Shown: positions 1-9,597 of the stretch, one piece after another
How positions within the stretch are numbered: the stretch's first letter is position 1
How the letters are laid out: the number at the start of each line of letters is the position of its first letter
From: Bryobacter sp.
Lineage (GTDB): Bacteria > Acidobacteriota > Terriglobia > Bryobacterales > Bryobacteraceae
DNA: 64,000 nucleotides
NCBI GenBank assembly: GCA_022843625.1
Contig: JALHNH010000018.1
Location: 17,435 to 81,434 of the forward strand
Direction of reading: 5' to 3'
The notes under the pieces: generated by a model
Database searches by the model: none
What the model saw: only the letters and a program-made list of their open reading frames with translations
Told to the model about the DNA's origin: nothing
Position numbers and translations under genes: made by a program

Positions 1-1515
1 TCGCCCATCCCCGAACTTCCCGCCGCAAACTTCAAAGTCCTCGGTGGCAGCCTCTACCCCGGTACCGGCTCGAATCCGCGCAACGCCTTCAAGAACGAAC
101 TCATGTTCATGCCGCGTGTCGGCATCGCCTACATGCTCAATGACAAAACCGTCCTCCGTGGCGGCTATGGCACCTTCTTCGACACACTCAACGTCATGAA
201 TTTCGGCCCCGATCAGAGCGGCTTCTCTCGCACCACCTCCACTATCATCACCAACAACTTCGGCCAGACCTGGAACTTTCCCGCCGCCGCCAACCCCGCC
301 AATGGCAACTCGCCTCTGCGCGATCCCTTCCCGATCCGCGCCGATGGCACCCGTTTCGACGTCCCCACCCGCGACGCCCTCGGCCTCATGGCTCGTGCCG
401 GTCGCAACTACGATTACACCCCCAACACCATCCCCCATGCCCGTCAACAGCGCTTCAGCTTCGGCCTTCAACGGCAGATCGGCGGCACCATGCAACTCAA
501 CGTCATGTACCAGGGCTCCTTCTCAGACCGCATCTCTCTAAGCGGCGATAACGTCAGCCGTCGCGAATCCTTCCTGCCCGAAAACTATTGGGCAGATGGA
601 CTCACCCGCAACAACGCCATTGCCAACAACCTCAACGCCAACGTCCCCAACCCCTTCTTCATCGGCAACCTGGATCGAACCAAGTTTGATCCCCTCGTCT
701 GGCAGGACATGTCCAACAACGGTTTCTTCACTGCCAACATCATCCGCAAACACCAACTCCTCCGCGCCTTCCCTCAAAACTCCGGCGGCAACGGCCTTCG
801 AAATTACGGCGATGGAGATTCCCGCACCAGAGCCCACGAGTTGCAAGTCTCCTTCGACAAGCGCTTCTCCAAAGGTTGGAACTTTAACTTCGGCTATACC
901 GCCCTCAAGCTCAACGAATCCGATTTCTTCTTCAACGAGTTTGAATCCGAACGCCGCACCCGTCCCTCCAACGACGGTCGCCCCCATCGCATTGTCGCCA
1001 GTTCCATCTACGAACTGCCTTTCGGCAAGAATCGTAAGTTCTTGAGCAGCGCCCCACGCGCCCTCAACTACCTCGTCGGTGGCTGGCAAACCGCTGTCAC
1101 CTGGGAGCTACAGCCCGGCCCACTCCTCGACTGGGGCGGCAACATCTTCTACCGTGGCAGCGACACCGCCAACATTGCCGAAGTCAACAGAACCTTCGAC
1201 ACCTGGTTCAATACCGCCAACTTCGAACGCAATCCCAATCTCGGCCCCAACTCCTTCCATCGTCGTCAATTCGACACCCGCATCCCCGGCCTGCGCGGGG
1301 ACCACACCAATCAGTGGAACGCCAACGTCTCGAAGAACCTCGCCATCACCGAGAGCGTCAACATGCAGCTTCGCTTCGATGCCCTCAACGTCATCAACCG
1401 GTCTCAAATGGCTAACCCCAACACAGACCCCTATTCCACCAACTTTGGCCGCGTCCTTTCCCAGACCTCAGCCACCAACCGCTGGCTCCAGGTGCAGGCC
1501 CGCCTCACCTTCTAG
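1..1515 (+). CDS. TonB-dependent receptor, C-terminal beta-barrel part (5' end outside window)
   Basis: Frame open from base 1. Contains PRVGIAY, YELPFGK and LVGGWQ motifs and a C-terminal QVQARLTF ending in Phe, typical of acidobacterial TBDRs. Confidence 0.9.
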   Translation, partial: SPIPELPAANFKVLGGSLYPGTGSNPRNAFKNELMFMPRVGIAYMLNDKTVLRGGYGTFFDTLNVMNFGPDQSGFSRTTSTIITNNFGQTWNFPAAANPANGNSPLRDPFPIRADGTRFDVPTRDALGLMARAGRNYDYTPNTIPHARQQRFSFGLQRQIGGTMQLNVMYQGSFSDRISLSGDNVSRRESFLPENYWADGLTRNNAIANNLNANVPNPFFIGNLDRTKFDPLVWQDMSNNGFFTANIIRKHQLLRAFPQNSGGNGLRNYGDGDSRTRAHELQVSFDKRFSKGWNFNFGYTALKLNESDFFFNEFESERRTRPSNDGRPHRIVASSIYELPFGKNRKFLSSAPRALNYLVGGWQTAVTWELQPGPLLDWGGNIFYRGSDTANIAEVNRTFDTWFNTANFERNPNLGPNSFHRRQFDTRIPGLRGDHTNQWNANVSKNLAITESVNMQLRFDALNVINRSQMANPNTDPYSTNFGRVLSQTSATNRWLQVQARLTF

Positions 1516-1554
1516 AACCAGTCATCACGGCCCCAAACCGTTCATCCTAAAAAC

Positions 1555-1586
1555 ACAGTCTCCGCCGCTTAACCGGCGGAGACTGT
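1555..1586. terminator. 13-bp GC-rich hairpin after the TBDR gene
   Basis: ACAGTCTCCGCCG-cttaac-CGGCGGAGACTGT is a perfect inverted repeat. No U-tract follows on +, so it may be a stabiliser or attenuator instead. Confidence 0.55.
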
Positions 1587-1590
1587 CTAC

Positions 1591-2436
1591 ATGAGATCAC
1601 TACTTCTCTTCCTCCTGCTCACCAGCACCATTGAGGCCGTAGAGCCCTTCGCCGTAGAAGTCACCGGCAACCCCAAAGGCCAACCGATCATCCTGATCCC
1701 CGGCCTCTCCTCCTCCGGCGCAGTCTGGAACGACACCGTCACCCACCTCAAGGCCAAATACCAGTGCCACACCCTCACCCTCGCCGGTTTCGCAGGCCAG
1801 CCTCGTCTCGGTGACAGCCCCTTCCTCCTAACTGTTCGCGACGCCGTCATCAAATACATCGGTGACAAGAACCTCAAGCAGCCCATGATCTTCGGTCACT
1901 CCCTGGGCGGGCACATGGCTCTCTGGATCGCAGCTGAAAACCCCAATCTCACAGGTCCTTTAGTGATCGTCGATTCTCTCCCCCACCTGGGCGCGATGAT
2001 GTCCCCAGATCCCGCCTCACTCCGCAAGCAAGCCGAAGGCATGCGAATGATGATCGCCGCGCAGTCGAAAGAGCAGTATGGCAACTACATAAAAACCAGC
2101 GGCATGCTGAAGTCAATCGTCGGCGACAAAGGCCTCCCCGCCGTCACCGAATGGTCTCTCCAGTCAGACCCCGTAGCCATCGCCAACGCCATGTTCGACC
2201 TCTACACCACAGACCTGCGCGATGCCGTCGCAAAGGTAAAATCCCGCACACTCGTCCTCGCCAGTTGGATCGGCTACAAAGACTTCACCACCCGCGAGAA
2301 AACCATGGAAATCTACGAATCCCAATTCGTCAAACTCCCCAACAAGACCATCAAAATGAGCGACTCCGCCAAGCACTTCATCATGCTCGACGACCCCGAA
2401 TGGTATCTCATGCAGCTCGATACCTTCCTACAATAG
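1591..2436 (+). CDS. Secreted alpha/beta hydrolase
   Basis: Signal peptide, LIPGL oxyanion region, GHSLGG nucleophile elbow and C-terminal HFIMLD. Confidence 0.9.
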   Translation: MRSLLLFLLLTSTIEAVEPFAVEVTGNPKGQPIILIPGLSSSGAVWNDTVTHLKAKYQCHTLTLAGFAGQPRLGDSPFLLTVRDAVIKYIGDKNLKQPMIFGHSLGGHMALWIAAENPNLTGPLVIVDSLPHLGAMMSPDPASLRKQAEGMRMMIAAQSKEQYGNYIKTSGMLKSIVGDKGLPAVTEWSLQSDPVAIANAMFDLYTTDLRDAVAKVKSRTLVLASWIGYKDFTTREKTMEIYESQFVKLPNKTIKMSDSAKHFIMLDDPEWYLMQLDTFLQ

Positions 2437-2448
2437 GAGTCACCAACA

Positions 2449-3447
2449 ATGCCAGGCCCCACCAACAAACTCAAACTCTACTGGCTTTGTCAGTGGATTG
2501 GCTGGGGCCTCTATGCCGTCCTCAACGCCATGTTGATCAATACATACATGGCCTTGCCCTGGACAACCAACTTCGGACTCCTCTCCTACGGTGCGGCAGG
2601 CATCCTTGTAACCCACACCCTGCGGGCCCACATCCATCGCTCCAGTCTTCTCTCAAAACCCTGGCGCACGATTGCGATTCATGCGCTTGTCATGATCCCC
2701 TTGGGTGCAATCACGCTCACCATACTCATTCAGCTCTGCTGGTTCCTGGTGGCCAGTCAGACTATGCCCGCAAGCAACTTTAACTTCTCCTCCATCATCG
2801 TGGGCGTCTTCTTCAACATGACCTTTCTGATGCTCATCTGGCTACTGATCTACTTCACCGTCCATCTCATCTGGCGCTCCATCGCTCAACGCGAAGCCCA
2901 ACTTCAAGCCCTCCAGGCCCAGATCAATCCTCACTTCCTCTTTAACTCCCTCAACTCCCTCCGTGGCCTCATCCTCGAGAACCCCACTGCCGCGCAAGAC
3001 GCCGTCACGCGCCTATCCCAACTCATGCGTTACTCATTAACCCAGTCCCGCCGCCCCACCGTGCCACTGAGTGAAGAACTCGAGGCGGTTCGAGATTACC
3101 TCGCAATCGAGAAAATACGATTCGAAGAACGCCTTGAAATCGATTGGCAAATCGAGGACAATCTCGACAACATAGAAGTCCCACCCATGTGCTTGCAAAC
3201 CCTGGTCGAAAACGCTCTCAAACACGGCATAGGCAAAGTCCAGATCGAGGCTAGCAAGACTCCCACCGGCCTCAAACTCGCAGTCACCAACCCCGGCAGC
3301 CTCGCCCCAACCAAAGCCCCATCCACCAGCACCGGCCTTGCTAACATCCGCGAGCGCCTCCACCTCCTCCGGGGCCCACAGGCCAAACTCACACTAAGCG
3401 AATCCGGCGGGCAAGTCCTTGCCACCATCGAACTACCAACCACATGA
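2449..3447 (+). CDS. LytS/YehU-family membrane sensor histidine kinase
   Basis: About 4 N-terminal TM helices, QINPHFLFNSLN H-box, LQTLVENALKHG and GLANIRERL. Confidence 0.92.
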   Translation: MPGPTNKLKLYWLCQWIGWGLYAVLNAMLINTYMALPWTTNFGLLSYGAAGILVTHTLRAHIHRSSLLSKPWRTIAIHALVMIPLGAITLTILIQLCWFLVASQTMPASNFNFSSIIVGVFFNMTFLMLIWLLIYFTVHLIWRSIAQREAQLQALQAQINPHFLFNSLNSLRGLILENPTAAQDAVTRLSQLMRYSLTQSRRPTVPLSEELEAVRDYLAIEKIRFEERLEIDWQIEDNLDNIEVPPMCLQTLVENALKHGIGKVQIEASKTPTGLKLAVTNPGSLAPTKAPSTSTGLANIRERLHLLRGPQAKLTLSESGGQVLATIELPTT

Positions 3448-4142
3448 CCCGCAAAGCCATCCTCATCGACGACGAACGTCTCGCCCGCGTCGAACTCCGA
3501 CGCCTCCTCACAAACCACCCTCAAATTGAAATCGTCGCTGAAGCCGCAAACGTCGCAGAAGCAATCAAACTCATCCACCAGCACCAACCCCATCTCCTTT
3601 TCCTCGACATCGAGATGCCAGGCGCGACCGGCTTCGACCTCCTTGAACAACTCGACTCCACACCCGACGTCATCTTCACCACAGCATTCGACGAATACGC
3701 ACTCAAAGCCTTCGAAGTCTCCGCCCTCGACTACCTCCTAAAACCAATCGCCGCAAACCGCCTCGCCCAGGCACTCACCAAACTTAGCCCTGTTACAGAA
3801 GCTCCACTCGAGCACCTCTTCGTCAAAGACGGAGACCGCTGCTGGTTCCTCAAACCAGCCGACCTCACCCTCCTCGAATCGGAAGGCAACTACACCCGTC
3901 TCTTTTTTCAACAGTCCGGCACAATCCGCCCCCTGATCCTGAAGTCCCTTCAGTCCCTCGAAGACCGGCTTCCCAAAGAACTCTTCTTCCGCGCCAACCG
4001 CAAACACTTGATCAACCTCAACCACATCGAGAACGTTTCCCTCAACCCGGCCGACAATCTCGTCGCCACCCTCAAAGGCAACCACGAGGTCGAACTCTCC
4101 CGCCGCCAGTCCAATCTCTTCAAATCAAGATTGAGTTTGTAG
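3444..4142 (+). CDS. LytTR-family response regulator
   Basis: REC domain (IDDE, FLDIEMP, DYLLKP) plus LytTR domain (FFRANRKHLIN, LSRR). Overlaps the kinase by 4 nt. Confidence 0.93.
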   Translation: MTRKAILIDDERLARVELRRLLTNHPQIEIVAEAANVAEAIKLIHQHQPHLLFLDIEMPGATGFDLLEQLDSTPDVIFTTAFDEYALKAFEVSALDYLLKPIAANRLAQALTKLSPVTEAPLEHLFVKDGDRCWFLKPADLTLLESEGNYTRLFFQQSGTIRPLILKSLQSLEDRLPKELFFRANRKHLINLNHIENVSLNPADNLVATLKGNHEVELSRRQSNLFKSRLSL

Positions 4143-4184
4143 GAATTTTGGCAGATCTCAGTCCTGGGCTACGCTACTAAGTAC

Positions 4185-4967
4185 ATGCGAGTACTCAAGC
4201 TTGGCCTTAAAGGCCCCGACGTCAAGAAATGGCAGATCTTCCTCATTGGTCAGGGTTTCCACCCAGGCAATGCCGACGGTGATTTCACGGCAGAAACCAA
4301 AGCCGCCACAATCGCCTTCCAGAAACACCGCAGTCTCGATCCCGACGGTGCCGTCGGCAACCAAACCTTCGGCGCCGCAATGGGCCTGGGCTTTGAGGCA
4401 GTAGTCGACGACGACGATACAAAGAAAGGCCCAAACTGGCCAGCCGCCCCAGACTTCCCCGCCCTAGCTTCCAATGCAGCACGTCAAAAAGTCTTCGGCA
4501 AATTCGACTTCGTTCACAAGCCCATTCCCGGCAATCGCGAAAACATCGTGATCACGGGCAACTGGCAGAGGGACAACATCATCGGTGTCGTTGTGCCAGA
4601 GCTCATCGGCATCTCCGGAGCTCCCCACACCGGCCAAATCTGGTTCCACAAACAAGCCGCACCGCAACTCAGCGCTCTCTGGGCTGCCTGGGCCAAAGCT
4701 GGCCTGCTCGATCGCGTCCTCACTTGGGGAGGCGCCTTCGTACCGCGCTTCATCCGCGGTAGCACCTCCGTGCTGAGCAACCATTCCTTCGGTACCGCCT
4801 TCGACATCAACATGGCTCAAAACGGCCTGGGCGTAGAACCCGCCCGCGTAGGCCAATTAGGCTGCGTCCGCGAACTCGTCACCATAGCCAACAAACACGG
4901 CTTCTACTGGGGCGGTCATTTCACCCGCCGCGACGGCATGTACTTCGAAATCGCACAGCTCAAGTAG
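4185..4967 (+). CDS. Peptidoglycan-binding domain + M15-family peptidase (endolysin-like)
   Basis: PG_binding_1 pattern (DGDFTAETKAATIAFQ, DGAVGNQT) and SNHSFGTAFDIN Zn motif. C-terminal DGMYFE. Confidence 0.85.
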   Translation: MRVLKLGLKGPDVKKWQIFLIGQGFHPGNADGDFTAETKAATIAFQKHRSLDPDGAVGNQTFGAAMGLGFEAVVDDDDTKKGPNWPAAPDFPALASNAARQKVFGKFDFVHKPIPGNRENIVITGNWQRDNIIGVVVPELIGISGAPHTGQIWFHKQAAPQLSALWAAWAKAGLLDRVLTWGGAFVPRFIRGSTSVLSNHSFGTAFDINMAQNGLGVEPARVGQLGCVRELVTIANKHGFYWGGHFTRRDGMYFEIAQLK

Positions 4968-4971
4968 TCCG

Positions 4972-6219
4972 CTACTGCATCCGAGCCCCGGGCAAGGTCC
5001 CAGGCTTCCATTCATCAGAGGCAAGCCCATTCAGATCGAAAATGGGCTTGCCTGCCCTGAGCGTCAATTCAGTCGTCAGGCGTTGGTCTCCCATCACTTT
5101 TTGCTTCCGGTTATCGAGATAACCAAACTTACCCTTCTCCACTTTCAACACCGCAACATCAGCTTCCGCTCCAACGCTCAACGTCCCAAGCTCCTTCCTC
5201 TGAATTGCCTTCGCCGCCTCCACCGTCGACATCCGGATCACATCCTTCAGCGGCACCCCATGAATCAGAAACTTCGACATCACGTTGTTAAAGTCTTTCA
5301 TTCCATCCATCCAGCTCCGCAAGTGCAAGTCGGTTGAAAGCGTATCCGGCAAGAACTTCTCAGCAAAGCCAGCCTTGGCAACCGTCCAGAAGAAACTCCC
5401 GTTCCCGTGCCCTAAATCAAACAACACACCACGCTTGCGAGCCTCCCACAGCACCGGGTTCATCTTCCCCGTAGGTAACTGCTCATAACGCAAACCCGAA
5501 TAAAGGTGCGTATAAATATCACCGGGCCGCATCTTCTCCATCAACAGCTTTTCGATCGGCCGGGCCTCGCGATGATGCGTCCCAAAGTCCACCATCACCG
5601 GAATCCCCGCCAGCTTTCCAGCCCCCACTGCCCGGTCCACAGCAATCCAGTCCGGCGCTCCATAGTGCGCCGTCTTCACACCAACCACAATGTCCTTGTG
5701 CTTTTTCGCAATCGCTGCCAGCCCTTCGCTATCCATGTCTGCTGTATTCTGCTCATTGCGGCTGCCACTCATTCCGAGGCCAGCGATATTTACAAAGGCC
5801 AATACACGAGTCCGTGATCGGTCAATGATCCGCTTGCGAAAATCCTCAAAGTTCTTCCACCCGCTAGTACCCGCATCCACAATCGTTGTCACCCCGCTGC
5901 GAGGAGCAATGGCATCCGGCACAAACGAAGTCTCACCCGCCAGTTCCACCGGAATCCCCGTATTGGCATAAACGTGCCCGTGAATATCGATCAACCCGGG
6001 CGTTACATAAAGCCCGGTCGCATCCACCGTCTTGCACTCGGCCGGCACATCAATCTTTGCCGCAACACGGGCAATTTTTCCATTGGCAATCGCAACATCC
6101 AACCGGCCATCCCGCCGGTTCGCCGGGTCAATCACATGCCCACCGCGAATCACCATCTCAAATTCACAAGCCGCCGGCAAAACCCCGGCCATCAAAAGAG
6201 CAAACAAAACAATTCTCAT
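4972..6219 (-). CDS. Amidohydrolase/deacetylase-family metallohydrolase (dihydroorotase-like)
   Basis: PGLIDIHGH, GVTTIVDAG, GDIYTH and STDLH motifs. Signal-like N-terminus from the ATG at 6219. Confidence 0.88.
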   Translation of the reverse strand: MRIVLFALLMAGVLPAACEFEMVIRGGHVIDPANRRDGRLDVAIANGKIARVAAKIDVPAECKTVDATGLYVTPGLIDIHGHVYANTGIPVELAGETSFVPDAIAPRSGVTTIVDAGTSGWKNFEDFRKRIIDRSRTRVLAFVNIAGLGMSGSRNEQNTADMDSEGLAAIAKKHKDIVVGVKTAHYGAPDWIAVDRAVGAGKLAGIPVMVDFGTHHREARPIEKLLMEKMRPGDIYTHLYSGLRYEQLPTGKMNPVLWEARKRGVLFDLGHGNGSFFWTVAKAGFAEKFLPDTLSTDLHLRSWMDGMKDFNNVMSKFLIHGVPLKDVIRMSTVEAAKAIQRKELGTLSVGAEADVAVLKVEKGKFGYLDNRKQKVMGDQRLTTELTLRAGKPIFDLNGLASDEWKPGTLPGARMQ

Positions 6220-6239
6220 CAGCGTTAGCATATCTAAGG

Positions 6240-8840
6240 ATGCCTGACCCCTCACCAGCAGACTTCACACAAACCGTTGTTGGTGGCTCCACCTCCTCCA
6301 GCCGCTCGAACCTCAGCCAGCCCTCAATTCACGCCACCATCGAGGGCCGCTTCCTCCCGGGCACACTCCTCAACGGTCGTTACCGCATCATCGCCCTCCT
6401 CGGCAAAGGCGGCATGGGAGAAGTGTACAGAGCCACCGATCTAACTCTGGGCCAATCCGTAGCTCTCAAATTCCTCCATGCGCTAACATCATCCGATCCG
6501 CGCTGGCTCGAACGTTTCCACTCAGAAGTCCGCATCGCCCGTCAGGTCTCCCATCCCAACGTCTGCCGCGTCTACGACATCGGCGAAGCAGAAGGCCTGC
6601 CCTTCATCTCAATGGAATATGTCGACGGTGAAGACCTCTCAACTCTCCTCCGCCGCATCGGCCGTCTCCCCGCCGACAAAGCCATCGAGATCTCCCGCAA
6701 GGCCTGCGCCGGTCTCGCCGCCGCCCACGCCAAAGGCGTCATCCATCGAGACCTCAAGCCCCACAACATCATGCTCGACCGTAACGGCGAAGTCCTCATC
6801 TGCGACTTCGGCCTCGCCGCCGTAGCAACAGAACTGAACTCCGCCGAGATCCGCCAGGGCACTCCCGCCTACATGGCCCCTGAGCAAATCAAAGGCACCG
6901 AAGTCACTCACTCCAGCGACCTCTACTCCCTCGGCCTCGTTCTCTACGAACTCTTCACCGGCAAGCGAGCCTACACCGCCACCAACATTAACGACATGCT
7001 CAACCTGCAGGAAGCAATGTCGCTCACCAGCATGAGCTCTCATGCCAACGATATCGACCCTGCAGTTGAGAACATCATCCGCCGATGCCTCGACCCGATC
7101 CCGGCCAACCGCCCGCACACCGCCATCGCCATCGCTGCCGCCCTGCCAGGAGGAGACCCCCTCGCAGCCGCCCTCGCCGCAGGCCAAACCCCCAGCCCCG
7201 AACTCGTTGCCGCCAGCACTTCCGCTGGCCTCTCCACTCGTTACAGCGTCCCTTTGCTGGCCTTCGCCCTGGCGTTTATCCTTGCCTTCCCTTATCTGAA
7301 GGGCCATATCGAAACACTCAGCTACACGCCAACAGAACTCCCGCAAGCCGCTCTTATGGTCAAAGCCCGGGAGATCGCCTCTACCTTTGGCTACCCGGAC
7401 AAACCCGCAGACTGGTTCGACCATTTCGAACATAGAGGTTCATACGAGCGATGGCTGGAGGGAAGAAAAGATCGCGATTGGAGCACTCTCTTCCACCAGG
7501 AGTCCCCACTAGGCTATGTCTACCGGCAAAGCCCCAGGCCCCTCCCTGAAGACCCAGACGGCGTCGTAACCTGGTTTAGGCCAGCCTTCGATTCCTCCAA
7601 CATGGTGCGGCTCAATCTCGATTCCGCCGGTCGACTCCGCCTCTTCGAAGCCATCCCACCCCGGCGTGAAGACGCCACTACAGTCGTCTTCGATGAAGGC
7701 AAGTTGTTTGCCGCAATGGCCTTCGACCGTTCGCGCTTCACCCCAACCGATCCAATAAGAACACCCCTCACTCCCTACGACCAGCGGGTCACACTCAAAG
7801 GGCCACACCCTGCGCTGAAAGATGCCGAATACACGGTCCAATACGCAACTCTGAAGGGCCGCCTCACCAGCCTCCACTTAAAGACGCCCTGGTCGCCAGA
7901 GATATCCGACAAGCCGCCTGAATCCACTATCGGGCTCACCATTCAGACCTACATCACGATCGCGGGTCTCCTTACCTTTCTTTTCTTCAGCGCTGCACTC
8001 GCCCGCAAGAACTGGCTCGCCAATCGCGCCGATCGTCGTGGCGCTCTCCGGCTATCCCTGATTCACATCGCCGCCATTTTTGTCGTTTGGCTCCTCAGCG
8101 CTCGATACGTCCTCGACGGTAGGATGATCAACTTCGCAACCTACGCGCTTGCCGACGCCCTCCTCAACGGCTTTATTCTCTGGCAGCTCTATCTCGCGCT
8201 CGAGCCCACCCTCCGCTCCCGCTGGCCTCAATCCATCGTCACCTGGAATCGCGCCCTCGCTGGCCGCCTCCTCGATCCTCAGGTCGGCGCTCACATTCTT
8301 GTGGGCGTAGCAATGGGCATCACCATCACCATCGGTTTCATGTCCAAGGACTGGTTTAATTTCGAAAGAGCAGGCCTGCTCGTGGGCGCTTCAATCCGCA
8401 ACGCTTCCGCAAGAGAATGGCTCGCCGTTCAAATCATTTGTGCCGACAAAGCGATTCTGATTGGCTTTCTAATCTTCTTTGCCCTCTTAGGCCTCAAGGT
8501 CCTCCTCCGTCGCGAACTGCCTTCCATGATTGCCGCAGCGCTCCTCCTCTGTGCCACCAACGGAGACCTCTACAGATCCACCAACCTGGCAGTGGATCTA
8601 AGCGTTTATTTCCTCGTCTCCCTTGCCATCACCTTCGGCCTCGTTCATTTCGGCCTGCTCACCACTCTGGTTGCCGTATTCACAACCAACGCTCTCGGCA
8701 ATTCCAACGCCTCAACCGATCTCACCGCCTGGTTCATGCCCTACACCATCGCCACGATGCTGCTAGTCGCAGCCATCGCCATCTTCGCCTTCTGGCGATC
8801 ACTCGGCACGCAAAGCCTCGTCGGAGACAACCCAGCTTGA
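6240..8840 (+). CDS. Hanks-type Ser/Thr kinase with periplasmic domain and multi-TM C-terminus
   Basis: LGKGGMGEVY, VALK, HRDLKPHN, DFG and GTPAYMAPE motifs. Start taken at ATG 6240 because the longer ORF overlaps the opposite gene. Confidence 0.92.
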   Translation: MPDPSPADFTQTVVGGSTSSSRSNLSQPSIHATIEGRFLPGTLLNGRYRIIALLGKGGMGEVYRATDLTLGQSVALKFLHALTSSDPRWLERFHSEVRIARQVSHPNVCRVYDIGEAEGLPFISMEYVDGEDLSTLLRRIGRLPADKAIEISRKACAGLAAAHAKGVIHRDLKPHNIMLDRNGEVLICDFGLAAVATELNSAEIRQGTPAYMAPEQIKGTEVTHSSDLYSLGLVLYELFTGKRAYTATNINDMLNLQEAMSLTSMSSHANDIDPAVENIIRRCLDPIPANRPHTAIAIAAALPGGDPLAAALAAGQTPSPELVAASTSAGLSTRYSVPLLAFALAFILAFPYLKGHIETLSYTPTELPQAALMVKAREIASTFGYPDKPADWFDHFEHRGSYERWLEGRKDRDWSTLFHQESPLGYVYRQSPRPLPEDPDGVVTWFRPAFDSSNMVRLNLDSAGRLRLFEAIPPRREDATTVVFDEGKLFAAMAFDRSRFTPTDPIRTPLTPYDQRVTLKGPHPALKDAEYTVQYATLKGRLTSLHLKTPWSPEISDKPPESTIGLTIQTYITIAGLLTFLFFSAALARKNWLANRADRRGALRLSLIHIAAIFVVWLLSARYVLDGRMINFATYALADALLNGFILWQLYLALEPTLRSRWPQSIVTWNRALAGRLLDPQVGAHILVGVAMGITITIGFMSKDWFNFERAGLLVGASIRNASAREWLAVQIICADKAILIGFLIFFALLGLKVLLRRELPSMIAAALLLCATNGDLYRSTNLAVDLSVYFLVSLAITFGLVHFGLLTTLVAVFTTNALGNSNASTDLTAWFMPYTIATMLLVAAIAIFAFWRSLGTQSLVGDNPA

Positions 8841-9592
8841 TCCCCTCCTTCTCCCGCATCATCGACCTCGAACAGCCCCGATTCTCCGGCATGCCCATCC
8901 ACCCTGCCCACAAGCCCGGCTATTTCTACGCCCTCCATCGTCGCCACTCAGACCCCACCGGCACCCCGCGCACCAGCGCCGCCGGAGTCCTCACCATGAT
9001 GGAGCACACCGGCACCCACATCGACGCGCTCTCCCATCAGGCCGCTCACGGCTGCCTCCACGGTGACATCCCCACATCGACAGTCGAATCCCCAGCCGGC
9101 TTCTCCCAACACGGTGTAGAAACCATCCCGCCCATCGTCAAACGAGCCGTCTTCGCCGACCTCAATCCGCTGGATCCCGAATACCAATTCACCGCCGACG
9201 ACCTCGAACGCTCCCTCGGCGACACCCGTCCCAACCCCGGTGATATCCTCCTCGTCCGCACCGGCTTCGCCCGTCTCTGGCACGACGAAGCCGCTTACCT
9301 CAAAGCCGCAGGCGCACACAAATCCGCCACCATCTGGGCCGCAGACCACAAAGTAACTGCCGTCGGCGCAGACAACATGGCCTGGGACGTCCCCGGCATT
9401 GTCGACAAAGAAACCGGCGTCACCCTCTTCGCCCACTTCTACCTGCTCCCTCAAAAAGGCATCTACATCATCGAGAACCTGAACCTCGAAGAGCTAGCCA
9501 CTACCGGCCTCAAAGAATGCCTCTTCGTCTGCCTCCCGCTCAAGCTAAACGGCGCCACCGGTTCCCCTGTCCGCCCAATTGCATTAATCTAA
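8837..9592 (+). CDS. Cyclase family (kynurenine formamidase-like) metal hydrolase
   Basis: HTGTHIDA, GDILLVRTG, IIENL and GATGSPVR motifs. The TTG start overlaps the kinase TGA. Confidence 0.88.
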   Translation: MIPSFSRIIDLEQPRFSGMPIHPAHKPGYFYALHRRHSDPTGTPRTSAAGVLTMMEHTGTHIDALSHQAAHGCLHGDIPTSTVESPAGFSQHGVETIPPIVKRAVFADLNPLDPEYQFTADDLERSLGDTRPNPGDILLVRTGFARLWHDEAAYLKAAGAHKSATIWAADHKVTAVGADNMAWDVPGIVDKETGVTLFAHFYLLPQKGIYIIENLNLEELATTGLKECLFVCLPLKLNGATGSPVRPIALI

Positions 9593-9597
9593 AGCGA

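Noticed and set aside
4185-4967. Prophage lysis cassette
   Set aside because: No holin, spanin or structural phage genes adjacent.
5886-6239. N-terminal extension of the kinase ORF
   Set aside because: Overlaps the opposite amidohydrolase gene and is not protein-like; ATG 6240 fits better.
8417-8836. N-terminal extension of the cyclase ORF
   Set aside because: Lies within the kinase gene in another frame; the coupled TTG at 8837 is the likely start.
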